From the NCBI RefSeq assembly GCF_009914755.1, contig NC_060945.1: a DNA stretch of 64,000 bases; one strand, 5' to 3'. This DNA comes from the human T2T-CHM13v2.0 reference genome, Homo sapiens. Each line of letters starts with the position of its first letter. Within the stretch, counting starts at the first letter, position 1. Of this stretch, positions 63,068 through 64,000 are shown in pieces. The notes beneath the pieces were generated by a model that had not been told where the DNA came from, searched no databases, and saw only the letters and a program-made list of their open reading frames with translations. Made by a program: the position numbers and the translations under genes.

Positions 63068-64000
63068 AGAAATAAATATATAATGTGTATGTACATATGT
63101 ATGAGGTAGTATACATACACATTTCTTCACACTCTGTCTGCTGAAAGGGTTTAAAAGCAATGACAATCCCGTAGCAATAAGAACACTTGAAGCCCAGATT
63201 TTGATTTTCAAGTAACATTCTCCAAAGAAAGAAACCACGCTCCTTGGTAAAGAGGTTGCTTGGACAAGGAAAATATAGGACGTGCTTGAAATATCTTGTG
63301 GTACCAGAAAGTAAAGTAGTTATAACTATAAATTACTTGTGTTAAACATAATTTTTGGCAAGCAAAAGTATACTGCAGAATACTTGCAGTATCATTCTAT
63401 TTGTGTGACGTCTACAAATACCCCAAAGTAGACATATTGTTAAAGGATGCAAACATACATGGTGATAATCTAAAGAAAATCGACGACATGCAATTCAGAA
63501 TGCTATTTTTCTTCTTTGCTAAAAACAAAAACACTGTGGAACTTTCAACGGCTTAATGGCTTCCCCAGTCAGAAAGACTTTCACTTCCTTTATCTCACAT
63601 ATATCTTTGTATTGTTACAATTGCTTCCATCTGTTTGGGGTTCAGTAGATCTAGTGATTGCATCCTCTGGATAGTAGCCAAGCTTAAAATTGAAGATTGA
63701 TTTTAGCTTTCTTTCGCTAGGGTAAATGATTTTATATCTTAATGCTCGTGTTCTCTAATCATTTAACCCTATTTGCATTATTTCTTTGGTCTGCTCTGAG
63801 TTTTCTTCACGTTTTGGCTGGCAAACCTTGATGTAATGCTGTGGAATTGACTACTCCTAAACATAATGAGTGGATGGCCTCTTAATTCCTTCATGCTGTG
63901 CACTCTATGATATCAGTGAGCAAATCCAAAATATATTGGCTCTAAATGCAATTTCCAAAAAGGCTTTAATAAGATAGATTTCTATTCCACAATTCCTCAG

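Overview
Human (primate) genomic DNA, recognisable as the ADAMTS1 locus (21q21.3, from recall). The only intact protein-coding gene is ADAMTS1 on the minus strand. It has 9 exons with GT-AG boundaries read directly from the sequence, and the CDS (31045->23668) sums to 2904 nt = 967 aa + stop. It also has a TATA/CpG-island promoter (TSS ~31500) and a ~1.3 kb 3'UTR. About 9.4 kb upstream, on the + strand, is a 7.57 kb HERV-W provirus (40857-48425) with two LTRs and a 4-bp ATAC target duplication, inserted inside a Tigger3/MER7 MITE. It has an Arg-type PBS, decayed gag/pro/pol, and a large deletion that fuses RNase H in frame to the env immunosuppressive domain. The rest is repeat-rich intergenic DNA (Alus, MaLR/MLT2 LTRs, LTR13, MER51-like LTR, MER75, MER58, L1/L2/MIR, microsatellites). 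I see no convincing wholly new gene system. The most interesting unexplained signals are: a 3'UTR hairpin pairing a proximal AAUAAA with a miR-365 seed match, the rearranged HERV-W, two local non-tandem templated duplications, a direct+inverted repeat upstream of the promoter, and a perfect intronic CArG box. Repeat subfamily names come from memory of consensus sequences, not from a search.
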